NCBI GenBank assembly: GCA_025353725.1
Contig: JANXOF010000021.1
Location: forward strand, 20,945-84,944
Length of the DNA: 64,000 nucleotides
Origin: Polyangiaceae bacterium
GTDB lineage: Bacteria > Myxococcota_A > Polyangia > Polyangiales > Polyangiaceae
Direction: 5' to 3'
The notes beneath the pieces were generated by a model. The model ran no database searches, was not told where the DNA came from, and was given only the letters and a program-made list of their open reading frames with translations. Position numbers and translations under genes: made by a program. Of the stretch, positions 9,757 through 20,044 are shown piece after piece. The stretch's first letter is position 1. Every line of letters starts with the position of its first letter.

Positions 9757-11622
9757 CTATTTCAAGCCAATCGCGCGGGCCGTCGTCTCACCACTCTTGA
9801 TGGCTACGGCAATCGTTTGCTTCGTTCCTTGCTCGGCATTCTCAAGGATAAGCGTATGAGGCCCCGGCGAGAGCGGAATTTTGCTGCACGGCGTCGCCGC
9901 GCAAAGAACGCGAGCTCCCTCGGAAACCTTCGCCCACGGATAGACGCTAATGGTTAGAAACCCAGGGTCCTTATCTTCGCTCGGCGACGGCGGAGGCGAC
10001 GGCGCTGTGTGGGCTACCACAGGCGGTCGCGGCGACGTCGGCGGATTTCGCGGCGCGGTGACCGTACCGTTCCCTGACCCTACTTTTGGCCCGACACTTC
10101 CCCCCGCGGTGGCGACGAGTGCCGGAACGGGAGCGGGGGCTTCCGAGTCGCTCGCGAGCGGCACGCTATCCGCCGCGTGAGGGCGCGTTTCGACGACGCT
10201 CGGCAGAGTGCTTGGTGGGCGCTCGGCGAGCCACGCATCCCCGCGCCGCGCATCGCGATAGGCAACGACCACGACCAACAATCCCGCGAGGAGAAAAAAA
10301 CCCACCGCGATCACGAGGAGCAGCACGTTCCTGCCTCTCTCTTTTCGCTCCGCGAGCGAGCCTTCCCTGGCAAGAACCTTGGTAGGCTCGCTGCCGAGGA
10401 TAGCAGGACTCGTCGAGCTCGCGCTCCCGGCTTTCGAGGGATGGGAGCCCATTCCAAAGTTTGGAATGATACCGCTACCCGAACCCCCGGTCGGCCCCAG
10501 GCGAAGCAGCCTGCCGGTTACGTTCGCTCCGGATTGCTCCATCCGATGAATCGATTCCGCGGTCAGGGCTTGCAACTCCTGAGTGTTCGTAGCCTGCGTA
10601 ATCAAAGACATGTGCCGCTGCACTTGGCGCTGCACCTCCTCGCGCACCCTCGCGAAGAGGTGGATCATCTTGCGACTGACCTCTTCTTGGCGTGCCGCCA
10701 GAGGAGCGTCACGAAGCCACGCTTCGAGCGCGTCCCGCATCTCCGCCGCGGACTGGAAGCGATAGTCCGGGTCCTTCTCGAGCGATTTTGCGACGATGAG
10801 ATCGAGCGTAGCGTCGACGTCCGGCCTGAGGTCCGAAACCCGCGGGATGGGCTCGTTCATCAACTTATGAAGCGTATTTGCGGCGTTTTCGCCCGTCATC
10901 AGGCGTTGACGCGCAAGAAGCTCCCACAACACGATTCCCATCGCGAAGATGTCCGCGCGCTGGTCGATACGACCGCCCATAGCTTGCTCGGGGGACATGT
11001 AAGCGACCTTCCCCTTGAGAACGCCGACTTCCGTTTCCGTGGATGAAAGCGCCGCTTTCGCAATGCCAAAGTCGACGAGCTTCGTGTGGCCGTCGTACGT
11101 CACGATGATGTTGTGCGGACTGACATCGCGATGAATGATGCCCAGCGGTCGGCCATCGTAATCGGCCAGCGTATGCGCATAATGAAGTCCACAAAGTGCG
11201 TCTGCGACGATGCGAACACTCACCTCGGGTTCGATCGGCTCGTCGCGGGTGCGCGTCTCCTTCAAGATCTTGTTGAGCGATTGGCCCTCGAGATACTCCA
11301 TCGCAATGAAGTAGACTCCGCCCTGTTCGCCGACCTCGTACGTGTGAACGATGTTCGGGTGGCTGAGGCGCGCGGCCAGCCGCGCTTCGTCGAGAAACAT
11401 CGTGCGAAAGGCGAGCTCCTCAGCGAGCGCCTGCCGCAGTCTTTTGATGACAGCGAGTTTATTGAACCCCATCTGACCGCGCGCGACGGACAGAAAAACA
11501 TCCGCCATTCCCCCGCGGCCGAGACTCGCGAACAATTGATACTTACCGAAAGCCGTTGTCGGGGCGCTTCCGATCTGCGCGTCAACACCGGGGTCCGGGT
11601 CTCGTGCGGCCCCAGCAGACAT
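9757..11622 (-). CDS. Hanks-type Ser/Thr protein kinase with TM and C-terminal PEGA-like domain
   Basis: LGRGGMADVF, HRDVSPHN, DFG, KGKVAYMSPEQ motifs; TM; C-terminal GFLTISVYPWAKV...LSPGPHTLIL PEGA-like beta domain. Confidence 0.95.
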   Translation of the reverse strand: MSAGAARDPDPGVDAQIGSAPTTAFGKYQLFASLGRGGMADVFLSVARGQMGFNKLAVIKRLRQALAEELAFRTMFLDEARLAARLSHPNIVHTYEVGEQGGVYFIAMEYLEGQSLNKILKETRTRDEPIEPEVSVRIVADALCGLHYAHTLADYDGRPLGIIHRDVSPHNIIVTYDGHTKLVDFGIAKAALSSTETEVGVLKGKVAYMSPEQAMGGRIDQRADIFAMGIVLWELLARQRLMTGENAANTLHKLMNEPIPRVSDLRPDVDATLDLIVAKSLEKDPDYRFQSAAEMRDALEAWLRDAPLAARQEEVSRKMIHLFARVREEVQRQVQRHMSLITQATNTQELQALTAESIHRMEQSGANVTGRLLRLGPTGGSGSGIIPNFGMGSHPSKAGSASSTSPAILGSEPTKVLAREGSLAERKERGRNVLLLVIAVGFFLLAGLLVVVVAYRDARRGDAWLAERPPSTLPSVVETRPHAADSVPLASDSEAPAPVPALVATAGGSVGPKVGSGNGTVTAPRNPPTSPRPPVVAHTAPSPPPSPSEDKDPGFLTISVYPWAKVSEGARVLCAATPCSKIPLSPGPHTLILENAEQGTKQTIAVAIKSGETTARAIGLK

Positions 11623-11883
11623 ATTCTTATGGACTATCTGGCCCTGCCTAACCGGTCAAGAAGCGCACATCGTAGGATGTGTATGGTCAATGCGAAGATG
11701 TGGGCTTTCGCAACGGAACCGTCGCGTACATCTCGCGTTCGGGAACCAACGTACGGCATCTCTCGTCGATGTCTGCTCCTTATGAACGCCCTGACGCCCC
11801 CTCTTGCCGGTCTGGTTCACCTCGCCTTCCCCCAACGTCGAATCGACGTTGCGGCGTACGCAAGGCGGCGGTAGGCGCTTTGC

Positions 11884-12435
11884 ATGCGAATCTCAAGAGC
11901 GGCGGTGCTCGCGGTCTTCGCGACCACAGTCCTCGGGCTTGGGGCGGCAACGGCGTCGGGCCCCGCCCGCGATTCAAACGTTGCAGCGACCGAGGCTGCG
12001 CTGCGCGAGCTTGAGTCGTCTCCAAACAAGGACTCAGCCGCCGAATTCGTAACTCGTTCGCGGACCGCGCTACGGCGAGCTGTATCGCTACGGAAACAAG
12101 GCGATGAGGCGCACGCGGGTATCGCCGATGAACTCGCGAAGACGTGGGCCGACAGCGCTCGAGCGTTGCTCCGGGCGGTGGACATCGAAGCGAAGGCCAA
12201 CGCGGCGAGGCTGGGCGCAACCGATGCTGGAAGCCTAGCCAATCGCGAGCGCGCCCTCCTCGAGGAGGGAATCGCACAGCGCGGGCGACTTCGCGCCCAA
12301 CTCGACGGACTCGAGAGTGCGGCGAAGCTTAGGCCCTTACGCACGAGTGCCGCCGCCGCAGGGGCGAGCGACGGAGGCTCAGGTGCCGCCGAGATGAGCG
12401 TTGTTCCAGCCCGAAGAGAGGCCGGTGCACCATGA
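11884..12435 (+). CDS. Exported helical protein (DUF4398-like)
   Basis: Signal peptide, Ala-rich coiled-coil, ATGA-coupled to a downstream OmpA-like gene, a common myxobacterial pairing. Confidence 0.5.
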   Translation: MRISRAAVLAVFATTVLGLGAATASGPARDSNVAATEAALRELESSPNKDSAAEFVTRSRTALRRAVSLRKQGDEAHAGIADELAKTWADSARALLRAVDIEAKANAARLGATDAGSLANRERALLEEGIAQRGRLRAQLDGLESAAKLRPLRTSAAAAGASDGGSGAAEMSVVPARREAGAP

Positions 12436-13646
12436 GATGGCCAGGGTTTTTGACCTCGCTCAAAGGCGCGGCTTGGGGCGTCGCGGTGACGACCTCCGTT
12501 GGATGCGGCGCTGGAAGCGCGGGCGTAGGTAGTGTTGGCCCCGGCAGCTTCGTCGACGAAGCGAACCTTCTGCGTACGACTCTTGCCGCGCGCGATCGCG
12601 ATCGCGATCCCGGTCCCGATATCGAGCTCCTCGCCCCAAAACTCTTCGCCGAGGCGAACGCCGAGTTAGCCTTAGCTCAAGCGGCGCGCACCACGGGCGA
12701 CGCCTTGGGCGGCGAGCTTCATGGCGAGCGCGCCTTCGCGCTCTACCAGCAATCGGTCGCCGGATCACGTTTCGAACGCGCAAGCAAGGACCTCGCGATG
12801 ACGAGCCACACGCTTGCAGACGCCTCCTCGCGAGCGCGCACGTACGCGGCGCAGCGCGTCACACTCGATCGCGAAGCCGATGATCTCGAGAAGCGCCTTC
12901 GTGTGGCGCGCGAGGCGGACTTGCCCCTCGCGAGCGGTCCCGCCGACCCTGAACGCGAACGCGCGCGTCGCGTCGCTGCAGAATCCCTCCTAACGCAGGC
13001 CCACCTCCTTTGCGGTGCGGCTCGATTGGCATCCCCGCAGGCGCCAGGGCTCGAGGATGCCGAAGCCGCCGTGACCCGTCTCGCAAAGCAGGTTGGCTTC
13101 GCGAAAGTTGGCCCGACGATCGACCTCACGGCCCGCGCTCGCGCGGCTTGCCTCATGTCGCTTGCCAAAGGGCAACGTGGACATGAGCGCGACTCTGACC
13201 CGAGCGACGGCCTCCTCAATGAGCTCGCTCAAGGAGCAGCCACCGCGAAGGGCACAGCCTCCGGACTCGAACCTGCCCGCGATGAGCGCGGCGTCGTCGT
13301 GACGCTCCGCGGCTTGTTCGCGTCGCCCACCGACGCTCAGCTTACCCCCGAAGCCGACGCTTCAATTCGAGCGCTAGGTCGCGTGGCCGCAGCGCATCGG
13401 GAGTTCGCCGTGCAAATCGTGGTGCACGACTCAAAAGCGCCCTCCCCTCAGCTCAATCAAGCCAACCAGAAACGCGGCGAAGCGGTCGCCCGCGCGTTCA
13501 CGTCTGGCGAGAGCGGAGGCATCGACGCCTCAAGGGTAAAGGTCGAGCAAGCGGGTTCCATGGCGCCCGTGGTCGACCCCAACGACTCCCAGCGTCGTGA
13601 GCGAAACGCTCGCGTCGAATTCGTTTTTGTCGCCTCAACCCGTTAG
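12432..13646 (+). CDS. Lipoprotein with coiled-coil N-terminus and OmpA-like C-terminal domain
   Basis: Lipobox SVGC; ERGVVVTLRGLF, NQKRGEAVARAF and NARVEFV match OmpA_C-like motifs in divergent form. Confidence 0.7.
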   Translation: MRWPGFLTSLKGAAWGVAVTTSVGCGAGSAGVGSVGPGSFVDEANLLRTTLAARDRDRDPGPDIELLAPKLFAEANAELALAQAARTTGDALGGELHGERAFALYQQSVAGSRFERASKDLAMTSHTLADASSRARTYAAQRVTLDREADDLEKRLRVAREADLPLASGPADPERERARRVAAESLLTQAHLLCGAARLASPQAPGLEDAEAAVTRLAKQVGFAKVGPTIDLTARARAACLMSLAKGQRGHERDSDPSDGLLNELAQGAATAKGTASGLEPARDERGVVVTLRGLFASPTDAQLTPEADASIRALGRVAAAHREFAVQIVVHDSKAPSPQLNQANQKRGEAVARAFTSGESGGIDASRVKVEQAGSMAPVVDPNDSQRRERNARVEFVFVASTR

Positions 13647-13657
13647 TTAGCCGCTAG

Positions 13658-14365
13658 TTAGACTTCCGTGTCAGGGCCCGCGAGCTTGTAGCCAAAACCG
13701 TACACGGTGAGGATATGAACGGGTTTGTCGGGTTGGACTTCGATCTTCTTCCGCAGCTTTACGATGAAGTTGTCGACCGTACGATTCGTGGATGTGGCGT
13801 CAAGACCCCATATCTTCTGGAGGATTTCGTCACGACTCACGGGTTGGCCCGAGCGCTCGACGAGAAGGCGTAGCAACTCGACCTCGTAAAACGAAAGAGC
13901 ATGTTCGACGCGGCCGACCTTGAGGGTGTGCGCTGAAAAGCTCACTTTAGCGTTTCCAATATCGACGAACTCGGGCGCTGCGCTTGGTCGAGACGCCCGC
14001 CGAAAGATCGCCCTCATACGCGCGATAAGCTCGTTCACACTGAAAGGCTTCGTCACGTAGTCGTCTGCGCCGGCGTCGAGTCCACGGATCTTGTCGGTCT
14101 CCTGGGACCGAGCCGTAAGCATGATAATCGGTACGAACGGCGAGAGTCGGCGCAACTCCTCGCACACGGCATAGCCGTTCATGTCCGGTAGCATGAGGTC
14201 GAGAATTACAGCGTCGGGGGTCTCGGTACGGGCAAGCTGAATACCCTCTTTGCCATTCGCGCCGGCCAATACCTTGAACCCCTCGAATTCGAGGGAGTCT
14301 CGTAGCCCCATCACGATGTGAGGCTCGTCTTCGATGATCAAGATGCTTTTGTTGACGGAAGCCAT
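13658..14365 (-). CDS. OmpR/PhoB-family response regulator
   Basis: Start reassigned to ATG 14365 ([14 protein letters not shown]); LDLMLP phospho-acceptor, [16 protein letters not shown], winged-helix [22 protein letters not shown]. Confidence 0.95.
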   Translation of the reverse strand: MASVNKSILIIEDEPHIVMGLRDSLEFEGFKVLAGANGKEGIQLARTETPDAVILDLMLPDMNGYAVCEELRRLSPFVPIIMLTARSQETDKIRGLDAGADDYVTKPFSVNELIARMRAIFRRASRPSAAPEFVDIGNAKVSFSAHTLKVGRVEHALSFYEVELLRLLVERSGQPVSRDEILQKIWGLDATSTNRTVDNFIVKLRKKIEVQPDKPVHILTVYGFGYKLAGPDTEV

Positions 14366-14393
14366 ACGTCTCCTCGACGCCTTTTGGGAGACG

Positions 14394-16832
14394 CTATCGA
14401 GCCGTGGTGATGTCGCCTGCGGCCTGACCCGGCGTAAATTGCTGGATGCACTGAAGACTAAACCTGGCCCCCGCGAGCGCACCCGTTGCCGATGAAAAGA
14501 TGAGCGCCTGCGGACAGCGACCCGCAGGCCGCGCAGCCGCACCGTTCTCGACGTAACACCATCCCTTGCCGAGGCCGTCTTTGCATGTCTGCCCGGGGTC
14601 GACCGTCACTTGGGGGAGCTCGCAGACAGGCAAGTTCGCGAGATCAGTCCCCGCGTCTTTGAAATCGCCAGACTCCAGCCGCTGCTGCGCGAGGAACTTC
14701 TCTAAAATCGCGGGCTCGGGCCTTTTCAAGCCTTGAGCCTCACACGAGTCCGTCACCTCACCGAGTTGAGCAAGGACGAGACACGGCACCTCTTTGGTGA
14801 CCGGCTCGCGCGTCAGCTTTTGCGGGAGACACTGCGTCGTCAGTGCATTCTTCAGGCGGTCGATAATCGCAGTTACTGCGGGGTTGTAACCATACTCAGC
14901 CCGCTGCTTCGAGGCCTCTTGTTCAGCCGGTGTGGCACCCAAAAGCGCGAGACTAATCGGACAGAGCGACGCGATAATGCCTTGCTTGTCGAGCGCGCGA
15001 ACCGCCATGAACTCCCGCACTGTCGGGTAGGACTTTGCACGTAATTGCTCTCCCAGATCCGGACCACACAAGGGCGGGTTTTTCGAGGGCTCTGCGCAGT
15101 CGCACGAGGGCCCGGAACACACCTTCCTCGGAACGCCAAACGTGCACGCGTATTGCAAATCCTGGCCTCCTGAATTCCACTCGCGTCCGTGAACGGGATC
15201 GGCGCCGTTATCACCTCGCACGTCACTCGGGAGCGCGAGTCCCGCACGAGGGATCCGAGACTCGACCATGTGCGGGTCGATGCCTTCATAGTTGTAGCGA
15301 ACAGGATCTCTGCCGAGAATTCTGACCCAGTCGTCGTCGGAAATTCGGCTCTTTTCGGCGTCTTTCGGGTCAAAATGAAGGAGCGTATTAGGAACGCCAC
15401 CCACGACCGCGAAGAACACGAGCTCCGAGGTGCGAGTGCCGCGAGGAAGACTACAGACGTCCTCACCGCGTCGAGGGAGCTTCGCTGCGAAAAGAGGATT
15501 CGTGCACTTGCCTGTCCCCTGGTAGTTCCCGATGACGCGGGTGCCATCGGCGGCAACGCGTTCGGCATGCTCCACGCTTCGATCAGGGACCTTGGGTTTC
15601 GTAAGGCCGTCCGTGTAACGCGCAATCGGATACTGCGGATCGATACCATAATTTCGCTTTACGAGCTGATGACTAAAGCGCGCATTGATAGGATCTTCAA
15701 CTCCTGCATAATAGCCATTCGTTTTTTGGCATTCAGGGTCGTTCTTTACTTTGAGACAGGCGGCATCGGTGGGCTTGCAATCGGTTGCGAACGCGCACGT
15801 CGTGCAGTCCGGCGAGCCTGGGTCGCTGAGGCAAGCGCTCGTGCTTCTCGGCCCCGTTCTCGTGGCGTCGGGCCGAAAGTTCGGCGATCCAGGGAAGTTC
15901 TTCGACATGAACCTCCATCCCTGCCCGTTGAACGTCAGGGGATCGACCGACGAATCGTCTTCATCGGTCAGAAGCACGACCGCCACGAGCGAGTCTGGAC
16001 GGAGAAAGTCTGCGCGCTGATTCAGCAAGTCAACGTCGATATCCGCGGGCCCGCCAAGGTCTGCTTGGCCGGCACCGTTGACCGCGACCTTCACCCAGGG
16101 GTCGGGCTGGACAAGAAAGCGATACCAGCTCTCCATCTGAGCTTCGAACCCGCATCCATTCTGCCCAACGCCTTTCACGACCGTCGCGAAGGAACCCGCG
16201 AGCGATTCCGTGTCGCCGAAGGCCTTGGTCGGCGGCGCCGGATGACGCGTTTTATCGGCATTTTCGGTATTTTTCGGGAACCACGACAAGAACCCAGCGG
16301 GCTGCGCATCGGCCGAGGGCGTGAGTCCGTCGTACGCGATCAGGTGACCTCGATCGTTCTCGCGCCCGCTGTCGCCGCAGATGTCACCGCCGAAGCCACC
16401 GAGCGACGACGAGATGATCGCGATATGCATGTCCGTAACGGGGCGGAACTCCGGTTCCGTTCCGACAGGGCAGCCGTAATTGTTCGCTTTGTCGCCCGTC
16501 GGATTCGCGACGGGCGCGCCAGGCGCCGCCACGCCGGTCGTCGGATCGGCGCACTTCGGTTTGAGGAGACCGACGAGGAGATTCGGCACCGCATCGGCGA
16601 GGATTTGCTGCTTGTCTCCCATCGACGCCGAGTTGTCGATCATGAAGAGCAGGTCGATCTTGTCCACGCTTTGCTGCCCAACGCTCGAGGTGAAATTCAC
16701 CTTCGTTGTGGGCGGCTCGGTCCCGACGGGCCGCGACAAACAACCCGTCGCGATGGCTCCCGTCGCGGTGAGCACCGCGGCCGCGGCGAGCCATTGTCCG
16801 GAACGCGTCGTCCACTTACGGGACTCGATCAT
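14394..16832 (-). CDS. Cys-rich vWA/MIDAS-like surface lipoprotein, paralog A
   Basis: Start reassigned to ATG 16832 (AAGAGGA SD upstream); lipobox ATGC; [14 protein letters not shown] (DxSxS) and VVLLTDEDD; many paired Cys. Confidence 0.8.
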   Translation of the reverse strand: MIESRKWTTRSGQWLAAAAVLTATGAIATGCLSRPVGTEPPTTKVNFTSSVGQQSVDKIDLLFMIDNSASMGDKQQILADAVPNLLVGLLKPKCADPTTGVAAPGAPVANPTGDKANNYGCPVGTEPEFRPVTDMHIAIISSSLGGFGGDICGDSGRENDRGHLIAYDGLTPSADAQPAGFLSWFPKNTENADKTRHPAPPTKAFGDTESLAGSFATVVKGVGQNGCGFEAQMESWYRFLVQPDPWVKVAVNGAGQADLGGPADIDVDLLNQRADFLRPDSLVAVVLLTDEDDSSVDPLTFNGQGWRFMSKNFPGSPNFRPDATRTGPRSTSACLSDPGSPDCTTCAFATDCKPTDAACLKVKNDPECQKTNGYYAGVEDPINARFSHQLVKRNYGIDPQYPIARYTDGLTKPKVPDRSVEHAERVAADGTRVIGNYQGTGKCTNPLFAAKLPRRGEDVCSLPRGTRTSELVFFAVVGGVPNTLLHFDPKDAEKSRISDDDWVRILGRDPVRYNYEGIDPHMVESRIPRAGLALPSDVRGDNGADPVHGREWNSGGQDLQYACTFGVPRKVCSGPSCDCAEPSKNPPLCGPDLGEQLRAKSYPTVREFMAVRALDKQGIIASLCPISLALLGATPAEQEASKQRAEYGYNPAVTAIIDRLKNALTTQCLPQKLTREPVTKEVPCLVLAQLGEVTDSCEAQGLKRPEPAILEKFLAQQRLESGDFKDAGTDLANLPVCELPQVTVDPGQTCKDGLGKGWCYVENGAAARPAGRCPQALIFSSATGALAGARFSLQCIQQFTPGQAAGDITTAR

Positions 16833-16943
16833 CGCGTAACTCCTCTTTTTTCCACCGCATTGAGCCGACGACACCCGCCCTGGTCGTAAACGACGCAAGG
16901 CGCGGGTGTCAATGTAGCCGACTCGGCGGCAGGCGTTCCAGGC

Positions 16944-19343
16944 CTACGGCTTCGCCACGACGGTGTCGCCTGCGGCCTCGCCAGGGCTGAACTGCTGGAT
17001 GCACTGAAGACTAAACGTGGCTCCTGCGAGTGCGCCCGCTGCCGCCGAAAAGATCAGCGCTTGAGGGCAGCGACCGGCGGGCTTTGCGACGCCGTCGTTC
17101 TCGACGTAGCACCAGCCCTTATTCGCGTTTTCCTTGCACGTTTGGCCTTGTTTGACGGTGAGTTGCGGAAGTTGGCAGACGGGGCGCTTGGCGAGGTCAA
17201 TGCCAGCGTCTCCCACGTTCCCGGATTCCAGTTTTTGCTGCTCGATAAACTTGGCCAGGATAGCCGGCTCCGGCCGCTCTAGCCCCTGCGAGCTACACAC
17301 ATCGGGTGTATCGACGGCCTCACTGCCAAGTTGCGCGAGCACGAGACACGGCACCTGACTCGTCTCCGTGTCGCGCGTGAGTTGTTGCGGTAGACACTGC
17401 GTCGTAAGCGCGTTCTTCAACCGGTCGACAATGGCTTTGACTGCGGGGTTGTAGCCATACGTCGGATTCTGCTTGTCACCGTCCAGGTTTGCAGGGCAAA
17501 GCGAAGCGATAATCCCCTGCTTGTCGAGGGCTCGGACGGCCAGGAACTCCCGCACGGTCGGATACGCCTTCGCGCGAATCTGTTCGGGCGCGTCGACCAC
17601 CTTGCCGCAGAGCGGCGGATTCGTGTTCTTTGACGTCGCGCAGTCGCAGGTCTCGGAAGAGCTGCAGTCGCGTTTCGGTCCGACCGGGAGCGGGAACGTG
17701 CACGCGTACTGGAGGTCTCCGCCACGGGTATCCCACTCGCGCCCGTGAATCGGGTCAGAACCGTTGTCGCCGCGCGCGTCACTCGGAGCCGCAAGTCCAG
17801 GTCGCGCGGTCTTCGACTCCAACATGTGGGGGTCGATGCCCTCGTAGTTGTAGTGAACAGGGTCGCGGCCCAGTATTTTGACCCAATCGGCCTCGGTGAT
17901 GCGGCTCTTCTCGGGGTCGGTTGGGTCAAAGTGAAGGAGCTGGTTCGGAACGCCGCCCACGACGGCGAAGAAAATCTGCTCTGGCGACCTCGAACCGCGC
18001 GGCAGGTTGCATACGTCCTCGCCGGCGCGCGGAAGCTTGGCCGCAAACAGCGGGTTCGTACACTTCCCGGTTCCCTTGTAGGCACTTATTGTCCGTTTGC
18101 CGTCGGCGCTCGTCGTCTCCGTGTGCTCCGCGGATCGGTCAGGAACTTTCGTATTCGTAAGCCCATCCGTGTAACGACTAATCGGATATTGAGGGTCAAA
18201 TCCGTAGTTACGTTTGATGAGCTGGTGACTAAAGCGTGCGTTCGACTGATCTTCGTCCGCAGAGTAGTACCCGTTCCCTTTTTGGCACTCGGGGTCGCTC
18301 TTGACTTTCGGGTCGGGCGAGCCGCACGAGGCGCAGTCCTTGGAGCTTGCGTCCGACGCGCACGCACTTGTGGCCCTAGGGAGCGGCAGGCTGTTCATAA
18401 ACTGCCAGCCAAAACCGTTGCCAGAGAGCGGATCGACTGAAGAGTCATCCTCGTCGGTGAGCAGGATCACGGCCACGAGCGAGTCTGGACGAAGAAAGTC
18501 CGCACGTTGCTTCAGCAGGTCGACGTCCACTTCCCCAACAGGCCCGAGGCTTGCTTGCTTCGCATTGTCGATTGTCACATTAAGCCATGGGTCGGGCTGG
18601 ACGAGAAAGTGATACCAGCTCTCCATTTGCGCTTCGAGCCCGCAGCCCGCTTGGCCGACGCCCTTCACGATCGAAGCGAACGACGTCGCGAGTGCCTCCG
18701 TGTCGCCGAACGCGGTTTTCGTAGGCGGGTCGGGGTGTCGCTTCTTTTCAGTATTTTCGAGATTTTGCGGGTACCAGGACAGGAAGCCGGCAGGTTGCGC
18801 GTCGGGGTTCGGCCCGCCCTCGGCCGCCGTGAGGAGGCGCCCACGATCGTTACGCTTCGTGTCCTTGGGCTCGGCGCCGGATTCAGGACAGAGGTTGCCA
18901 CCGAAGCTGCCGAGCGAAGACGAAATGACGCCGATGTGCATATCGGTGACCGGGCGAAACTCGGGCTCGGTGCCCGCGGGACATCCGTAGTTGTTGCCCT
19001 TGTTTCCCTTCGGGTCGGCCGACGGGGCTCCGGCCGCCGGAATGCCGGTCGCGGGGTCGGCGCACTTTGGTTTGAGTAGGCCGACGAGAAGGTTCGGCAC
19101 GGCGTCCGCAAGGATGGCTTGCTTGTCACCCATCGATGCTGAGTTGTCGATCATGAACAGGAGATCGATCTTGTCGATGCTCTGCTGCGACTGCGAGGAA
19201 GTGAAGTTCACCTTCGTCGTCGGAGGCTGCGTGCCCACCGGGCGCGAAAGACAGCCCGTTCCGGCCGCGCCCGACACCGTGAGGAGCGCGGCTCCCGCGG
19301 CCCACTTCCCAGAACGCTTGGTCCATTTGCCGGACTCGGTCAT
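16944..19343 (-). CDS. Cys-rich vWA/MIDAS-like surface lipoprotein, paralog B
   Basis: Start reassigned to ATG 19343 (AAGGAG SD); lipobox GTGC; same DNSAS and LTDEDD motifs; colinear with 14394-16832 over the whole length. Confidence 0.8.
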   Translation of the reverse strand: MTESGKWTKRSGKWAAGAALLTVSGAAGTGCLSRPVGTQPPTTKVNFTSSQSQQSIDKIDLLFMIDNSASMGDKQAILADAVPNLLVGLLKPKCADPATGIPAAGAPSADPKGNKGNNYGCPAGTEPEFRPVTDMHIGVISSSLGSFGGNLCPESGAEPKDTKRNDRGRLLTAAEGGPNPDAQPAGFLSWYPQNLENTEKKRHPDPPTKTAFGDTEALATSFASIVKGVGQAGCGLEAQMESWYHFLVQPDPWLNVTIDNAKQASLGPVGEVDVDLLKQRADFLRPDSLVAVILLTDEDDSSVDPLSGNGFGWQFMNSLPLPRATSACASDASSKDCASCGSPDPKVKSDPECQKGNGYYSADEDQSNARFSHQLIKRNYGFDPQYPISRYTDGLTNTKVPDRSAEHTETTSADGKRTISAYKGTGKCTNPLFAAKLPRAGEDVCNLPRGSRSPEQIFFAVVGGVPNQLLHFDPTDPEKSRITEADWVKILGRDPVHYNYEGIDPHMLESKTARPGLAAPSDARGDNGSDPIHGREWDTRGGDLQYACTFPLPVGPKRDCSSSETCDCATSKNTNPPLCGKVVDAPEQIRAKAYPTVREFLAVRALDKQGIIASLCPANLDGDKQNPTYGYNPAVKAIVDRLKNALTTQCLPQQLTRDTETSQVPCLVLAQLGSEAVDTPDVCSSQGLERPEPAILAKFIEQQKLESGNVGDAGIDLAKRPVCQLPQLTVKQGQTCKENANKGWCYVENDGVAKPAGRCPQALIFSAAAGALAGATFSLQCIQQFSPGEAAGDTVVAKP

Positions 19344-19630
19344 CTCCGTGCTCCTTTTCGCGCCCACACTTCAAATGAATTTTTGGGCGCCGCAGTAGTT
19401 ACTAAGCAGGGTACGTGCCTGTTCGCTCGGATGGGTAAAACTCGCGAGGGCACACCCACAATGTCTGGACGATGGTGTCACAACGTGAACCGCGTTGGCT
19501 AGGGGGGCCTTCAAGCTGCGCACGCCTCCCCTTTCACCATGGCCGACGAGGACTGCCTCCATCGGAGCAAACGGAGCAAATTCGAAAATCGCCGGCTTGT
19601 ACGACTACATTAACGGTGATAGGCGACCGC

Positions 19631-19981
19631 ATGCGACTCGTGCCGAAGGCGGATTCAGTGGCTCATGGGCTTGACGTTTCACTGGACGTTTCAATGGGTC
19701 ACAAGGACGGCGCCAGCCTGAGCGTGCGGTGCGCTCGGCCCGTGTCGAACCTCGAGCGAGACGGAGACACGCTTCGCGGCACGGTGCAAACGTGGCAGCG
19801 TGTGATCGTGAAGACCAGCGGCGTCGGAGGCTCGGTACGCGTGTGGATCCTCGCGCCGGGCTCGGAGGCGAACGAAATTGCGTTCGGTAACTTTTACGTC
19901 AGAGGTAGGTTTTCGATCGTCGACCAATCGAACAACGTGCGGAAGGTCGCCGAGCTGTGGAAGCGGACCACGCCGGAATAG
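19631..19981 (+). CDS. Hypothetical protein (start uncertain)
   Basis: Only plausible ORF filling the gap between neighbouring genes; beta-rich composition; no motif recognised. Confidence 0.3.
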   Translation: MRLVPKADSVAHGLDVSLDVSMGHKDGASLSVRCARPVSNLERDGDTLRGTVQTWQRVIVKTSGVGGSVRVWILAPGSEANEIAFGNFYVRGRFSIVDQSNNVRKVAELWKRTTPE

Positions 19982-20044
19982 CTCACGCGCGTGACGTTCG
20001 ACCTTGGCATCGGTCGAGACGTTTTGGCAATCAGCCTTTTGGGA

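Noticed and set aside
15189-16889. 566-aa plus-strand ORF, and similar long antisense ORFs (e.g. 17745-18440, 29887-30711, 41943-43160, 48875-50293)
   Set aside because: Shadows of real genes on the opposite strand in high-GC DNA; no motifs, Arg-rich composition.
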